A stretch of 62,650 nucleotides of DNA, counting the filler, from Hausera hauseri (taxonomy: Eukaryota), in assembly GCA_046269625.1 (NCBI GenBank). It is 10 parts of 10 records of this genome, joined end to end, with 100 filler letters (N's around TTAATTAATTAA, not from the genome) between each part and the next. Parts side by side here need not be neighbours in the genome. Positions count along the whole stretch, not along the records: positions 1 to 9,504 come from JBJURY010354375.1; positions 9,605 to 16,781 come from JBJURY010033002.1; 8 more parts are not named here. One strand, written 5' to 3'. This document shows, piece after piece, positions 1-12,798 of the stretch. A program made the position numbers and the translations under genes. The notes under the pieces were generated by a model. It was not told the origin of the DNA and ran no database searches. It was given only the letters and a program-made list of their open reading frames with translations. Position 1 is the first letter of the stretch. Each line of letters opens with the position of its first letter.

Positions 1-146
1 CTGTGTGCTGTTCGTCTGCTAAACAAGATATAGACCAAACGGTAACAAAGCGGGACAAAAATCGTTCCGGCCTAGCTTCGTCAAACGATGAATCTATTGC
101 CAGAAATGGAGGGCCATGTCCTAGACCGTGGCACTACAATCATGAG

Positions 147-1550
147 TTTGTGTTAATGCATCAAATGATTTAAAATATCGCGCGCGCCATTTTCAAATAG
201 GTTTTCGACCATGACGAATCGATTGGCAACATCCGATTCTTCGAATAATGCACACATCATCGAATATTCGAGTTTGAATAGCCAAGTATTCGAGTTCGAA
301 TATTCTTTTCAATCATCTTACTTTTTATTCCCATTCCCCACATATGCTTTCCTATATATGTACGCTTAAAGATTTATTGATTTCCGCTTCATTACTCTTC
401 AAATGTACATTTTGCTTTATTCGAAATATTGATTTTGTATTTATATAGTACATTTTCATGAAATAATTTTATGCTTCTGGGGGTTTTCGAATATGAGGAA
501 TCGTTTTCCACCATCAGATTTTTCGAATAGTTCAAACTTCGATTTTCGAGTTCGAAAATCTTCGAATATCGAGTTTTCGACTCAAGATTCGAGTTCATCA
601 TACTCGATTTCCTATCTGTCTCCGCTCAATGTTGGATCGAATTTTGCGTTACTACGCTTAAATAACACTTTGAATAAATAAACATTTTGCATTTCGATCG
701 ATATTAATCAATAACTAATCGATAAATTTAAATTCGAACTGCACATTCATATACTACATCATATTTGCTTCCGATTGCACCCGGTCATGGGCGCTAATAA
801 TCCATATTGGAAATATCGGAAATTCGATATTATTGATTTTTGAACACTTGCACACATGTTTTTGCACTGCACACCACCCATCAAGGTGTATCTCTATGTG
901 CTCTATCCATCTGCTCTTGACCCTGATCAATTTCATCAATCCTACGCTGCACAATTGCAAAAGTGCGTAAAGTGAAAAAGTGCTCCTGCACACCGATCAA
1001 TAATTACAACACACTTGATTTGTGCACCATTTGATACTACATCAAGTACTGCACACGCCTATGTATGTGCCATATTCATATCATTGATTTAAAATTTATA
1101 CCGGAAAGGCCTATGGCGGTTTGGACCCACTTGCGAATTATTCGAAAATCAATCAATCGATTTAAATTCTAACTGCACATTCACACACAACATCAAATGC
1201 ACTACCGATTGCACCAGGTCCCGAACTCTAATGATCGATTTTTGATTTTTCAAAAATCCAATATTATTGATTTTTGCACATTTGCACATGTGCTGCACAC
1301 TTGCACTGTGCACCAATCGATGCATCTCGATGTGCTCTATTAATTAGCACTTTGTCCCGATCGATTCGGTCAACAGTGCACTTGCGGCGATCGATAAGTA
1401 AAAAGTGCAGAAATGTGCTTAGCAACGGTGCCTCTAGGCACTTTTTGAATCGATAGTGCACAGTGTGCACTATTGATCGACACATGTGCAAAATCGATTT
1501 ATCGATTACCCCTCACCCTGGTGGGACCGAACCGCCATTTTCACACTACT
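147..1550 (-). repeat. ~1.4-kb Polinton/Maverick-type terminal inverted repeat; outer end ...CACACTACT at 1550
   Basis: Collinear reverse-complement similarity to 31802-33247 over its whole length. Similarity stops exactly at ACTACT (rc AGTAGT), the typical Polinton terminus. Confidence 0.7.
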
Positions 1551-1591
1551 TTATGACAACTACTACACGAAATTCGCGAGCCGTGTAGATT

Positions 1592-2430
1592 GTGGAGAAA
1601 GGTGCTAAGTTGCTGTCGTCACAAAGATTGTCAACAAATGGTGACGTCCTCCGTTGTCACGTCTATCATCATCAGGAAGAGCATCACGATGTGAAAGAAA
1701 GTATGCATCTTATCATTATTGAGATTCTTGGGATATATAAGAATGTTAGAATCCCAACACACCGAATCGCCTCCGCAGAAAGAAAACTCATAAAGTTGTA
1801 TGATGAATATCAGCTACTAAAGAAGAGCCGAAAAAAGTCATTGGAAAGCTACAGTGTTAAAGAACAATCATTCAGCGATGATCTCTGGAAACTATTTGAT
1901 ATCACAACTAAGAATATGATGGAGATAATGACTAATGATGAGGATAAGCACTTCCTCACCACGCAAAGGATGGACGATGCCAAATGCCTAATGGCAGGAG
2001 TAGATAGCAAACTGGTGCAGAAAGAAGCCAAAAGAAGAGCTCGTGAGGAAGCCAAAGACAGATGTAAGTTGAATGAGGCTGAAAGATCACAACATCTCGA
2101 AGCAAGTGATGACTTAGAAAAGGGACTAGGAGGCGCTTCAACTTTATATGAAGCAATGATATGAGCGATGATGACACGGACATGAACTTCGCAGTTTCAC
2201 TTCCATCATATTTGGATCAGTCAAAAAGAATAAGTACAGGAGTTTAGCCAAGAATATAATAGCAAGCCCAGAAGTTGTTGGTGCTTTAGACAGGGCCAAC
2301 TTGTCTGATCGTGGAGCTATGTTTGTGGTGACATCAGCAGCCGAGGATTTGGCGCATTCTCTTGACGATCTAGCACTGTCTCAGAGCACGACAAGAAGAT
2401 CTAGAATGGCCATACGCATACAGGTGGCTG
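1592..2430 (+). mobile_element. N-terminal fragment of a cut-and-paste DNA transposase (hATm-like invertebrate family), decayed
   Basis: ORFs 1592-2164 and 2301- contain RIPT..KLIKLYDEY..LFDI..EDKHFL..QR..MAGVD and LDRANLSDRGA..LALSQSTTRRSR. No catalytic core is present. Confidence 0.55.
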
Positions 2431-2547
2431 TGGTACCGCGGGTACATGCACGACCTCAACTTTCTACAAAACGGCAGTCGTCGACCACCGCCAAGCTGAC
2501 ACAGACTTTTAGTGTGACCACCGCCCTCCACAATTTGAAATTGTGGA

Positions 2548-2868
2548 TTGCATATATTGGCTCCCGATATTCAAGACTTGCACTCCTCGTTGAGACAACT
2601 TTCTCTTATTTGCAATCCGATCAGAGAATCGCCCAATTTTCTATGTTCATTTTCACTGTTGGACAATCTTACTCTTGACAATACTTTGATCTCCACACTG
2701 CCTGATGATGTTGGAAATTTAATATTATTGCGATATCTTTCAATCAAACATACAAAGTTATCCTCATTACCTGCTTCATTTTCAAATTTGAAGAATCTCG
2801 TTACACTTAAATTATCCGGGGTGTATCCACCGAGAATTTCTCAGAAATTTAAACAGCACTTTCACTAA
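2548..2868 (+). pseudogene. Leucine-rich repeat fragment
   Basis: LTLDNTLISTLPDDVGNLILLRYLSIKHTKLSSLPASFSNLKNLVTLKLSG fits the typical LRR consensus. Confidence 0.8.
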
Positions 2869-2879
2869 AGTGAACTGGA

Positions 2880-4200
2880 TTGCTTTCTGTAATAAAACTC
2901 AAGTCAACGGAGGGGTATTCAATGAAAATAAGTCTCTGCATGCTTTTAAACAATTTGTTGATAATGACAGAAATCTTACATGACTCAATTTTAGGAATTT
3001 CAAAGTTATTTATTCGATTTTTTCCGCGTTTTATCGAATTTCATGTGGAAATCTGTGGCTACATTTCGGAAATATTCGATCTTACATTTTCTGTGCCAGG
3101 AGCATTGTTCAATTATGTTCCTTGCTTGCTGCCAGTTGATGTTAAGGAATCAAATTTACTATACCAGTTCGAATATTTACCATCGGGTTTGTTCAATGGG
3201 GCTCAGTTTCGTCTTTCACAATACTCAGACAGCTTCGTAATTTGGCAACATGGGTCTTTGTTGCGGAAATATACTGATAAAGCTCTAATAACAAAATTAA
3301 ATGATTATGTTGTCAACATATGTGCAAGGGAATGTTGGCCGGATAACATCCTGTTCATTATTCACGATGTATCTGAATTATTCAGTGGAGTAATATATGA
3401 ATATCAATTAACGTGTAGAAAATGCATAACTTGGAGAGATCCTGAACCGCATTTATTTAGCAAGTGTCCTTACACGTACATCTCAAGCTAAAACGGTTTT
3501 TCCCCAATGCCACAGAAATTTCCATGAAATGTTGGCAGATATGGACCATTCGCAATTGTCTAATTTGAGTACAGAATTAGCCGAGGAAGTACGGCAGTTG
3601 AGACAAGAATCTGATGAGGCGCAATTACGTGCATTTCAGGCGAATATCTTGACGGCAGACAACGTGCCCGGCATTTAACATCGGGACTGAGTGGTCTATC
3701 ATCACATATGCACCGTAGTCACATATACACTTGTGTACCAGAATTTCAGCCATACTTCAATAAAGTGATACAAATTTGGAAATTCGCAGGACGAACGGTC
3801 TATGATAATTCAGGTGTAAAAGATTTCTGTCCGCACAAGAACAAAATCAGACTCAGCACAAAATCAACCTCCCAAATATCATCAAAGGCATATACAGTAC
3901 TATGTGTTATTACTTTGAAAATAAGCAAGCATTACTTACAAATTTGAGTAATAATCTGTTTTTTAATAATCCTACCATTATTTCTATGCTTTTCGCCCAT
4001 GAAGTCGGAGACTTACTTTCGGCAACGTCTGATGACGACAATTTTTTCAACGACAAAACAAAATTCTACATTGCCATACCAGTCACCACAAAACGTAATG
4101 AACGTTTAGCAACGGATGCGAACTAATGCATAAAAGAGGGATACACTGATCTTCTGTCTTGTAAAAGTATTTTGGTAATTGATATTTTATCACCTGTAGA
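2880..4200 (+). pseudogene. ROCO-family COR C-terminal region followed by possible TIR-like remnants; intronless and disrupted
   Basis: FDLTFSVP..VPCLLP, YLPSGLFN.AQFRL.QYSDS.VIWQHGSLL and PDNILFIIH..GVIYEYQLTC resemble COR-B of invertebrate ROCO proteins. Downstream fragments (e.g. LLSCKSILVID) are only weakly TIR-like. Confidence 0.55.
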
Positions 4201-4699
4201 AAGTCCAACAAATATATTTTTCCCATACAACGTTGTACGCTTTATTCAAAGAAACAGATATCGATACGGGGACTGAGATGAAATCTCAATTTTACAAAGA
4301 TACGATTAAAGTAAGAAGTCTAGGGAAATTAACATCCAAACACGCACCAACAATCAGCGAATGATTACATGAAAATATTCTGAAATGTACCTTACCGACG
4401 ATCGATACAACGCGGTAACTTTATTCCCGTTTACATAACAATTCTAAACATCCATCTCAAATATGTGTGGCAAAGTCATTCACCAAATCAAACATACCTG
4501 TTGATTCATTCAAATACAATGTTCATGAACATCAAGAAGGATTGCCAGAGTAACATTTATCAAATTATTATACATCTACATATTGGTATTCGTTTATTTA
4601 TAATGCTAAACAAAGCTGGTAGTTTACATGAGTGCCATATCTCAGAACTATTATAGCTCGGATCACGACAGAGCTATCAATGAAAGAGCTATTGATGAT

Positions 4700-7600
4700 T
4701 TGGGTGAGAAATCGAGCGTGACCGCCCCCGTTGCGCCGCGTCCTTTACTCCTGTTTATCTTCTTCAATAATACACACCTACATACCTTCTATGCGCCACA
4801 CACGGATACCCCTCATCACCTTCACGCACATCTATCCTCTCTCCTCAACTCGTCAGACTTTTATCTCTCATATCATGGTTCTATACTTAATGTTCATGAT
4901 CAACTTTCTACATTTTTCTTCAAAATTATCCACCTCACTTTTCACTTTCGCCTACGGGGTGGATCTGATCCCGATCCTCCTTATGTTGAAAACCCCACTA
5001 AGACCAGATGTGGTCGTCGTCCTCTGACCCCACACCAAGTACATCTCCAAATCTTCTCTGCACCGATTTTTTTCTCGACAAGACGAATTCGAGTCGTACC
5101 TGGTTACAACTCCCTTTGCAATGGCTTAAAGCCAATCATATCACAGATTCCTTCTTGCGGGTGAACAATTTTCTGCTACTACTTCCAGCTAATATCAAGC
5201 ACCAAATTAATAATCTGGCCGACATGCTAACCTCTTCAAATCCATATGATATGCTTTATGAATTAATTCTGCACATTACCGGTCCTTAAATTGACAGCAT
5301 AATTCAAAAACACTTTAATAAACATGCCATCGGAAGCCAAAAACCATCGGATTTTTTTAAAACTGCAATATCTCAACTGAGTTTCTTAGGCGCCACTCCT
5401 ATAAACAATGCCGATCTTCTTCGTCGGTATTTTCTTTCATCCTTGCGAACCTCTATCAGAGCGCTGCTCACTGTAGTAGACAACTCAACGGCCCTTGAGA
5501 AGCTCGTCTTATTGGCAGACAAAAGTTTTGACATTTTGCAATCTAAAAGTTCACAACCAGTAGCTACAGCAACCGCTCACACACCTTCACGCACAAATAA
5601 CACTTCATTTTCACAAAAATTGCAAATGATGCAGCAACAGTTTGACGAGTTACATCAGTCAATTTTGGCCATTAATACCCAACTAAATAATCTTAATGGG
5701 CCTCGATGAAGTGAAACCAAACCTTCAATGGAGAGAGTATTTCCAGATACTCTGCTCGATCCATTTCACCAGGCGGACGCATGACTTGCTTTTATCACAC
5801 GCGATTTAAAATAGATGCTAGAAAATGTTTTTTGGGTTATCGGTTCTACTGCAAACGGTACGCTGTGAACAACCCTATTTGCGTCTATCACAATAAGTTT
5901 CAGTCACGGGCTAGATCATGTGTGCCTGGTTGTAAACATTACAGCGATAAATCTCCTCGCTTTTCCTCCTCCTCTTCCTTTTTCCCAAAACCTTCAAAAA
6001 ACTAATAACGCCGCCAGATTTTACGGCACATTCTGTCTTAGACAATATCGCTCAAACTCCTGGTCGTTTCAACCCCGCCTCTGTGATCTTTTTGTTAAAA
6101 GCTGTACAGTTATGCAGAGATACTTCACATATTGACTTCCTCATATACTCAGGTGCTGCCTTTTCGCTCCTTCCATTGTCCTTCATTCCTACATCGACCA
6201 TGATTTCCTGTCCACCGCTTTTCACTGCCAGTGGTCAACCGTTGCATATTGCAGGAACCACGGAATTGACTTTCACATTTGCCAACTTTCCAGATAAGTT
6301 TGTCTGGAAGTTCCACGTGGCTAACATTAAATCTCCCATAATAAGCTCAGATTTTCTTGCTGCACATGATCTATTGATCGATTGCAAATACAGCTGTCTT
6401 TTGTGCAGGAACTCAATTGCAACTCCAAACATGTGTCTCGTAGACAATTTAGCGAGAAATTCGTTGCACTCATCTGTGAGCATGTTGAACGCTTCGTCAT
6501 CTATAAAAAAAATTTCCGATAAAGTTGGTAATATTTCAATTATGAACGACAATCATAAATCTATTTTAAAACAAAAATCCAAATTAGGCGTCGACAGCAG
6601 CGATGCCAGTTGCTTTCCATCAATCATTGGAGCTGTTCTCTCTAATGACATGACTCCTTCATTCTTGTCTCTAGACTCCAATCTTAAATCATACGTCACA
6701 ACGTCTTGCTTTCACATAGTTAAAAGGAACGTCAACTTCAAGCCTCCATTTACAACTTATTATCACATAGTAACAGAGCATCAGAGGCCGATCAAACAAA
6801 AGGTCAAACCTTTGTAGCCAAGCAGACGTAAAGCTGTAGAACTGGAATTTAATAAACTGGAAAGGTCTGGCAGCATTGGGAGATCAAATTTACCGTGAGC
6901 TTTTCCTCTTCATGCAGTTGTAAAAAAAGATGGTACCTATAGGCCATGTGGCGACTATCGAAAATTAAGCAATCTAACTATTACAGATGCCTATCCACTA
7001 CCACTCATTAAAGACATTTTTCATAGCCTTAACAACACCAATACCTATTATACCATTGATCTGCATAAAGCCTACCATCAAATTCCTGTTGCCCCTGATG
7101 ACATTCCAAAAACTGCTGTTATCACACCATTTGGTCTTTACGAATACATCTTCATGCCTTTCGGCCTTTGTAGCGCATCTCAGACTTTTCAGCGCCACAT
7201 TGACACCATTCTTTCTTGTCTTGATTTTGCTCACCCATACATATATGACATATTAGTCGCTTCCAGCTCCATCAAACAACATCATAAGCACCTTAGAATT
7301 ATTTGCCACAGATTGCATCAAAGCAACCTGCAAATTAATTTCGCCAAATGCAATTTCTCCCATAAACGCGTCAACTTCCTAGGCGACATAATTACTCCCT
7401 AAGGTCATTTACCTCAGCCTGATCGTTTACAACAATTGAAATATATGACATAATCAATTACTACTACCGACATGAGGAGCTTTCTAGGGATATTGCACTT
7501 CGTACACAAATACGTGCCACACCGCTGCAAACTAACTGCATCCTTCTCACACCTCTCATCCGGGAAGAAAAAACAACTAATCTATTAGACTCCCAATCTA

Positions 7601-9504
7601 GTTAATCAATTTGATCGCCTTCGTGATGGTCTGAAATCCGTTGAAATCCTGGCTTTTCCAAAACCGAACGCGGAACTAATATTAACTACCGATGCCTTAA
7701 CCACAGCCACTGGTGCGGTATTACGCCAAATACACAGTGGTGTGGATGAACCGTTAGAATTCTATTCCCGAAAGCTTACGCAACCAGAAAGCCAATACTC
7801 AACATTCGATCGTGAACTCCTGGCCATAGTTTTAGCGATAAAGCGTTTTAAGCATTTGCTCCTACCACGTCAGTTTGTCATATAAACCGACCATAAAAAT
7901 CTACTTCATATCATGACGTTAAAACAGCCATTACCCAGGCAAGAACGTAAGATATCATATCTGTTGACATTTAGTTTTCCCATGAAATATATTTCTGGCA
8001 CCGAAAACTTAGTAGCAGATTTTCTATCGCAGTCGGTGAACGCTATTACAGTTCAGCCAATTTCTTCCTCTGAAGTCCTGAGAAGTAATCAGCCATCACC
8101 TGGTATTCTCCAAGCCTTTCAATCGGTTGAGATCATTGATGGCATGGCCTGCGACACATCAAAGTCGACTAATAAGAAAATCATTCTTGCTCCATCGTTA
8201 CAAAAGACGCTTTTCATTGACTTTCACTCTCTTCATCATCAGAGTTCAAAAGCCACATTTCGTCCACTGCAACGCCACGTTATATGGCCAACTATGTACA
8301 GGTCTTGGCCAAGGGATATGTAGCATGTCAAGAATATAAGGTTCATAAACACCTTAAACCATTACTTTACCACTTTCCCTGCACATCTCGTTTTGATAAC
8401 CTTCATTTGGATTTTGTCGGTCCTTTGCCATCCGACAACCGCTATCAATATATCTTATCCTTGATGGATCGCGCTTTTCGCTGACCTAAAGCCGTTCCGC
8501 TTCGATTAATCAACACTAAGTCAGTAGCAGATGCATTTATCAAGATATGGGTCAGTCGCTTTGGATTACCACATCACATCATAACGGACCAGGATCCGCA
8601 ATTTCAAGCTGATCTTTTTAAATCATTAGCAAAGCACTTGGGGATAACCCATTTCCATACGACGCCGTACCATCCCCAGGCAAATGGTCTTTTGGAGAGA
8701 TTTCACCGCACCATGAAGATTTCCTTAAAAGTCCTGGCAAACAAAAATCGTAATTAGACCTAAATTTTTCCTGTTGTCCTACTCGGTTGGCGCAACACGC
8801 CGTTCCCTATCACAGGTTGTGTCCCGGCTGAATATCTCTTTGGGACACCAGTTCGGGCCCTGTTTCAGCTCTTCAATTTCGATGATAGTCCATCAAATGA
8901 AGTTATTCGTGCGGCACAGTCCCATTTTGTAGATGTAAACTCAAACGCCTTTTGCCGTCTTATAAACAAAGACAAATCTTACATTACAGAGGACTTATAC
9001 CCAGCCAAGTTTGTATGGCTGAAAAATCCGTCACCTGGTTTTCGGTCTCAATACGTTGGCTCTTACAAACTACTCAACCCTTCTAAACACATTGCTACTC
9101 TTTTACGCAAGGACAAACCTCAAAATATACGCATTTTTAATCTTAAGCCAGCATTCTTTGTTGACAATGACCAGGATAACAGCCTTGCTTCAAATCATAA
9201 TTTTAACTTCGCCCCCCTCGAGCTCCCATCCAATTTCCTCGATGATTTCGATCCGTCGCAGAAATCGCACTCGAGTTATCCTCACTTCCATCTACTGCTC
9301 CTTCACCACTTACTTCGCCGTCATCGCCTACACATCTACACACGCAGCCTGCAGTCATGTCACCTTTATCTTACGATTCGCTTCCATCTTTTGTTTCGTC
9401 CTTTTCGCGTGATCCTTTTCCCTCTTTAGCTTCTTCTCCACTTTCACCTCTTCATGAAGCATCCTCCCAAAACACCACAAAGTCCAGAGCATCTCGACTT
9501 CAAA
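4700..9504 (+). mobile_element. Ty3/Gypsy (CsRn1-like) LTR retrotransposon, family A copy 1, decayed: Ubl-gag-PR-RT-RH-IN
   Basis: Gag with two CxYHxxF...C motifs (5781-5935). PR IDFLI(Y)SGAAFSLLP. RT YRPCGDYR, MPFGL, PYI(Y)DILV. RH LTTDA, YSTFDRELLA. IN HLDFVGPLP, ITDQ, YHPQANGLLERFHRT. Many stops and frameshifts; no LTR visible. Confidence 0.92.
4740..4963 (+). CDS. Ubiquitin-like domain ending RLRGG, immediately N-terminal to gag
   Basis: ~73 aa with a ubiquitin-fold pattern (FYLSYHGSIL ~ QRLIFAGKQL) ending HFRLRGG at 4949-4963. Confidence 0.7.
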
Positions 9505-9604
9505 NNNNNNNNNNNNNNNNNNNNNNNNNNNNNNNNNNNNNNNNNNNNTTAATTAATTAANNNNNNNNNNNNNNNNNNNNNNNNNNNNNNNNNNNNNNNN
9601 NNNN
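9505..9604. other. Artificial contig spacer (N-run + TTAATTAATTAA). Same spacer at 16782-16881, 22067-22166, 28225-28324, 33490-33589, 38465-38564, 47634-47733, 51971-52070 and 56385-56484
   Basis: Identical 100-nt linkers with stops in all six frames. Confidence 0.99.
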
Positions 9605-9796
9605 AGGCTCGTGTTTCGATTTTTACTTTTTGGGATTTTGTTGATTGGGGAAATGATTGTTTCTCTCAAAGGTTTAAAATTCAAAAAGGTCAATTTGGAA
9701 TTCTGATCGATTTTTTGATTTTTTGATTCAGATTTTTGGGTAATTAAGAGATCCTAACATAATAAAAAATTTTGAACAACTGTTGTTTACTTTCCA

Positions 9797-10460
9797 ATGA
9801 GTAATTTCAAACGATCCAATTCTGATTCAGCAGACATACCAGAAGGCGGGTATTTTTCAACCCTACCCAAGCTGGGCGATGACATGGACGGAGTGGATGC
9901 GCACGCTGCCAACATGGCGACTTACGCCACAATGGACATCTTCGCGAATCAATTGTTGCCCAACATATTCGGGAAAGGTGACGACGTGGAGAAGTTTGCT
10001 AAAGTATGTGAAAAATTCTTTAAATATATGAACACCCCGGCGGCAAAGCGAGAGATCATGGTTGAATGCCTCTTGGAGGAAGATGCACTAGAAAGATCGA
10101 GACAGTAAATGCAAAAATAACGGGATATTAAAACAGACTATGGAAGGCTTTCGCCCGATCCTCAACGCTGTGCGAAGATCTGAAAGAAGCGCTCAAGTAC
10201 AGAATGAATGGAGCGGAACCGGAAGCTTACTTCAAGGCAATCGAGAAATTTCTGGATAAAGTCATGAAGCACAATCTTTCACGCGAGGCTCCGAAAGAAG
10301 AACTATTGTTCCAATATTGTAACAATAGACAGATTAGAAGAAAAATATGCCTCAGTGACAAACGAGACGCGGAAACAATAAAGGAGAAAATAAGGAAGAT
10401 ACACGAGGTAAAGATTAAGATAGAAGAAGTCAACACGGTTAAGGCGTATCCAAAAGACAA
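9797..10460 (+). mobile_element. Gag-like fragment of a different LTR retrotransposon, truncated
   Basis: LPNIFGKGDDVEKFAKVCEKFF and Y(R)MNGAEPEAYF resemble capsid/major-homology-type motifs. In-frame stop at 10106-10108. Confidence 0.5.
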
Positions 10461-10771
10461 AAATTTAAATTCATCAGGAAAGATTTATTTAGATTTAAAC
10501 AAAATTATTGAATAATTATTAAATGTAATTGTAAGTTGGGAGATTCTGTGAAAATTCCCCACATATAACGCAGTCATAGATTAATTTATCAATTTTACTT
10601 TTACGTTTAGCTATCAATTACAGCACTACAATCCTAAAAGTATATTTTCTTTAAAATGGGACGAATTTGGAATATGATTATTGTTTGTTATTTAATAAAC
10701 AAACACCAAACGAATAATGAAAAAGATTAAACATAAATCCAAACCAACATTTTATTAATTATCTTTTTAAA

Positions 10772-11560
10772 TTACAACAAATTTCTTTCCACATCTCTTT
10801 TTGCTACAAATCGACTCTTCAATACACTTATTCTAACATTCAACAATCGAACAATTTCACCACATTCATCCAATTCGTCTTCCACAGGTCTGTTGAAAAA
10901 TATTCTAATTTGTCTTTCAAAATCTGCACAATATTCATTCAACGAATCCAATATTTCCAGTAAAATTTCCCGTAAAATGCATTGAAACTGAAATTCTCGA
11001 ATTAGCTTTTGGCCTCTTTCCAACACAGGATAGGAGAAATTTTTGAATTCTTTTAAAACCTGTGAAATATTTGCATTAATCTGTGTTAATTTATCAATTG
11101 ATAACGTAATCCAATTTCTAAACTGACGAACAGTTTGTAACACGGATTTTTGTATTATCGGTAAATTTTGAGATTGTGAATCGCATAAAAATTTACGGGA
11201 TTCCTCAATACAGCGGAAAAGATTTTCTGACACACACTCGGAAAATTTTTCTAAATCATCAATTCTTATTTCAGGATTTTTCGATGGATCTTCTAATGAG
11301 AGTATCTGGAATTTTAATGTTTCAAGAGCAGCATTTATTAATTCTTCATAATGCATATGCATATCTATTACCTTTATCGCATTAGGTCCGTAACAGAGTA
11401 ATGTAGAACCTATTGCGGGTGTTGACAACAAACACCAATTATACACGATACTCTCATTGTTCATGCAGTTTTGGCACATGACAGTATTTGTGGGCTGATC
11501 GAATAAGTAGTAACCGTAAATATGGATTTGACAAATAGTGCAGAAATATTCCGAATACAT
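10772..11560 (-). CDS. Intact 262-aa hypothetical protein: N-terminal CxxC..CxxC zinc site plus coiled-coil region
   Basis: Uninterrupted ORF (CTIC...CQNC) with AATAAA on the minus strand just downstream (~10750). Confidence 0.55.
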   Translation of the reverse strand: MYSEYFCTICQIHIYGYYLFDQPTNTVMCQNCMNNESIVYNWCLLSTPAIGSTLLCYGPNAIKVIDMHMHYEELINAALETLKFQILSLEDPSKNPEIRIDDLEKFSECVSENLFRCIEESRKFLCDSQSQNLPIIQKSVLQTVRQFRNWITLSIDKLTQINANISQVLKEFKNFSYPVLERGQKLIREFQFQCILREILLEILDSLNEYCADFERQIRIFFNRPVEDELDECGEIVRLLNVRISVLKSRFVAKRDVERNLL

Positions 11561-11938
11561 TATTGATAAATATTTTCCCTTACATATACTTCAAATGGTA
11601 CGAAAAATTGTTAAAAATAATTTTATCGGGTATAATATTGGTGGAAAATGTATGGTTAAATATCATTTTTATTTTTGACAAATATTTTCGACTAATTCAA
11701 TATTTTTGTGTGATGGTGGTGGAATTAATTATCAACAGTAGATTTGATCACAACAACACTTTTAACTTTCGGTAATCCGATGTAATTTATGACTAACTAG
11801 AAAAACATAAGAATCTAAAAATATGACGAACCAAAATATAAAGTCAGACATATATTTAAGTTAATACAAATAAAATCTGGAATGAACTGCGTGTTTTCAG
11901 CTTTTTTGTTGTGTAGAATCAATAAACGTACAACAAAA

Positions 11939-12178
11939 TCATTTCTTCATCACTGAGTATACAATTTCTTCTGAATCATCCATAAGTGTTGGACTAAAGT
12001 GTGATTTCGATGCTGACTTTGAATAATAGTTGTCATCCGAAGGGTTTGATTCCAATTCAGTAGTCAAATCGACGGACATGCCATTGTCAATACTTTGTCG
12101 GAATTCTTGAGCAATAATTGCTGTTATATTCTCTTGCTTTTTTCATTTTGTGCGACGATTCTGAAACCAAATTTTTAC
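11939..12178 (-). pseudogene. Terminal exon of an NK-class (NK7/NK1-like) homeobox gene with a Trp-to-stop change
   Basis: Pyrimidine tract + CAG acceptor, then VKIWFQNRRTK*KKQENI. The frame stays open to TGA at 11939. Canonical Q|VKIW intron position. Confidence 0.8.
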
Positions 12179-12337
12179 CTGAATATAAAATAAAAGGTAT
12201 TTAACGAATCTTCTTATTGTAGTCAGTAGATTAATGTTGCATGTTTTTGTAAATGAAATGAAAAAAGAAAACTATTTCGGAAATATAAATTTGAACAGAT
12301 TGAAGGATGTACGATTGATACTACACAATAACTAAAT

Positions 12338-12641
12338 CAGTGGCCTGCCCAGGATTTTCCTAAAAGGGGTTTATGTAATACTTATTACTCAATCTTGCAT
12401 ATGTAGTTCCCTATAATTTTGATTCACTGCACTTTTTGCATAAATGGTTCCCAATGTGAAAATTTTGTCATTTTCAAATTTATTCACGTTGAAATGTTTA
12501 CAAAACGTGCAAGTATTTAAAATGTTAAACGTCACCAAAAATAAAATTTTTTAGGCTATAGATTCCATGAAAAAAATTGTAGTAAGATCGCATGGGGGTG
12601 GGGGAGTTAACGTACCACAACCCCCATTCGGCACGCCATTG
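12338..12641. mobile_element. hAT-type MITE, 304 bp
   Basis: TIRs CAGTGGCCTGCC / GGCACGCCATTG and a perfect 8-bp TSD AACTAAAT (12330-12337 and 12642-12649). Confidence 0.88.
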
Positions 12642-12798
12642 AACTAAATTTGCACTTCGTGAGGATATAATTAAGAACAGAAATTCTAAATTTAAATTAG
12701 ACAGATTTTTAAATTTAAATTAAAAGTTTGATTTAAAAGTAATATTAAAAGTCTGATTTAAATTTGGAAAATTTGTTTCCAAATAAATAATTTGGATA

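Noticed and set aside
392-1491. Short ORFs in the terminal repeats (also 31929-33042)
   Set aside because: They are by-products of TGCACA/TTCGAA low-complexity repeats and show no domain signal.
9505-9604. TTAATTAATTAA palindromes and gene adjacency across N-runs
   Set aside because: These are artificial linkers. Neighbouring contigs cannot be treated as one element or one viral genome.
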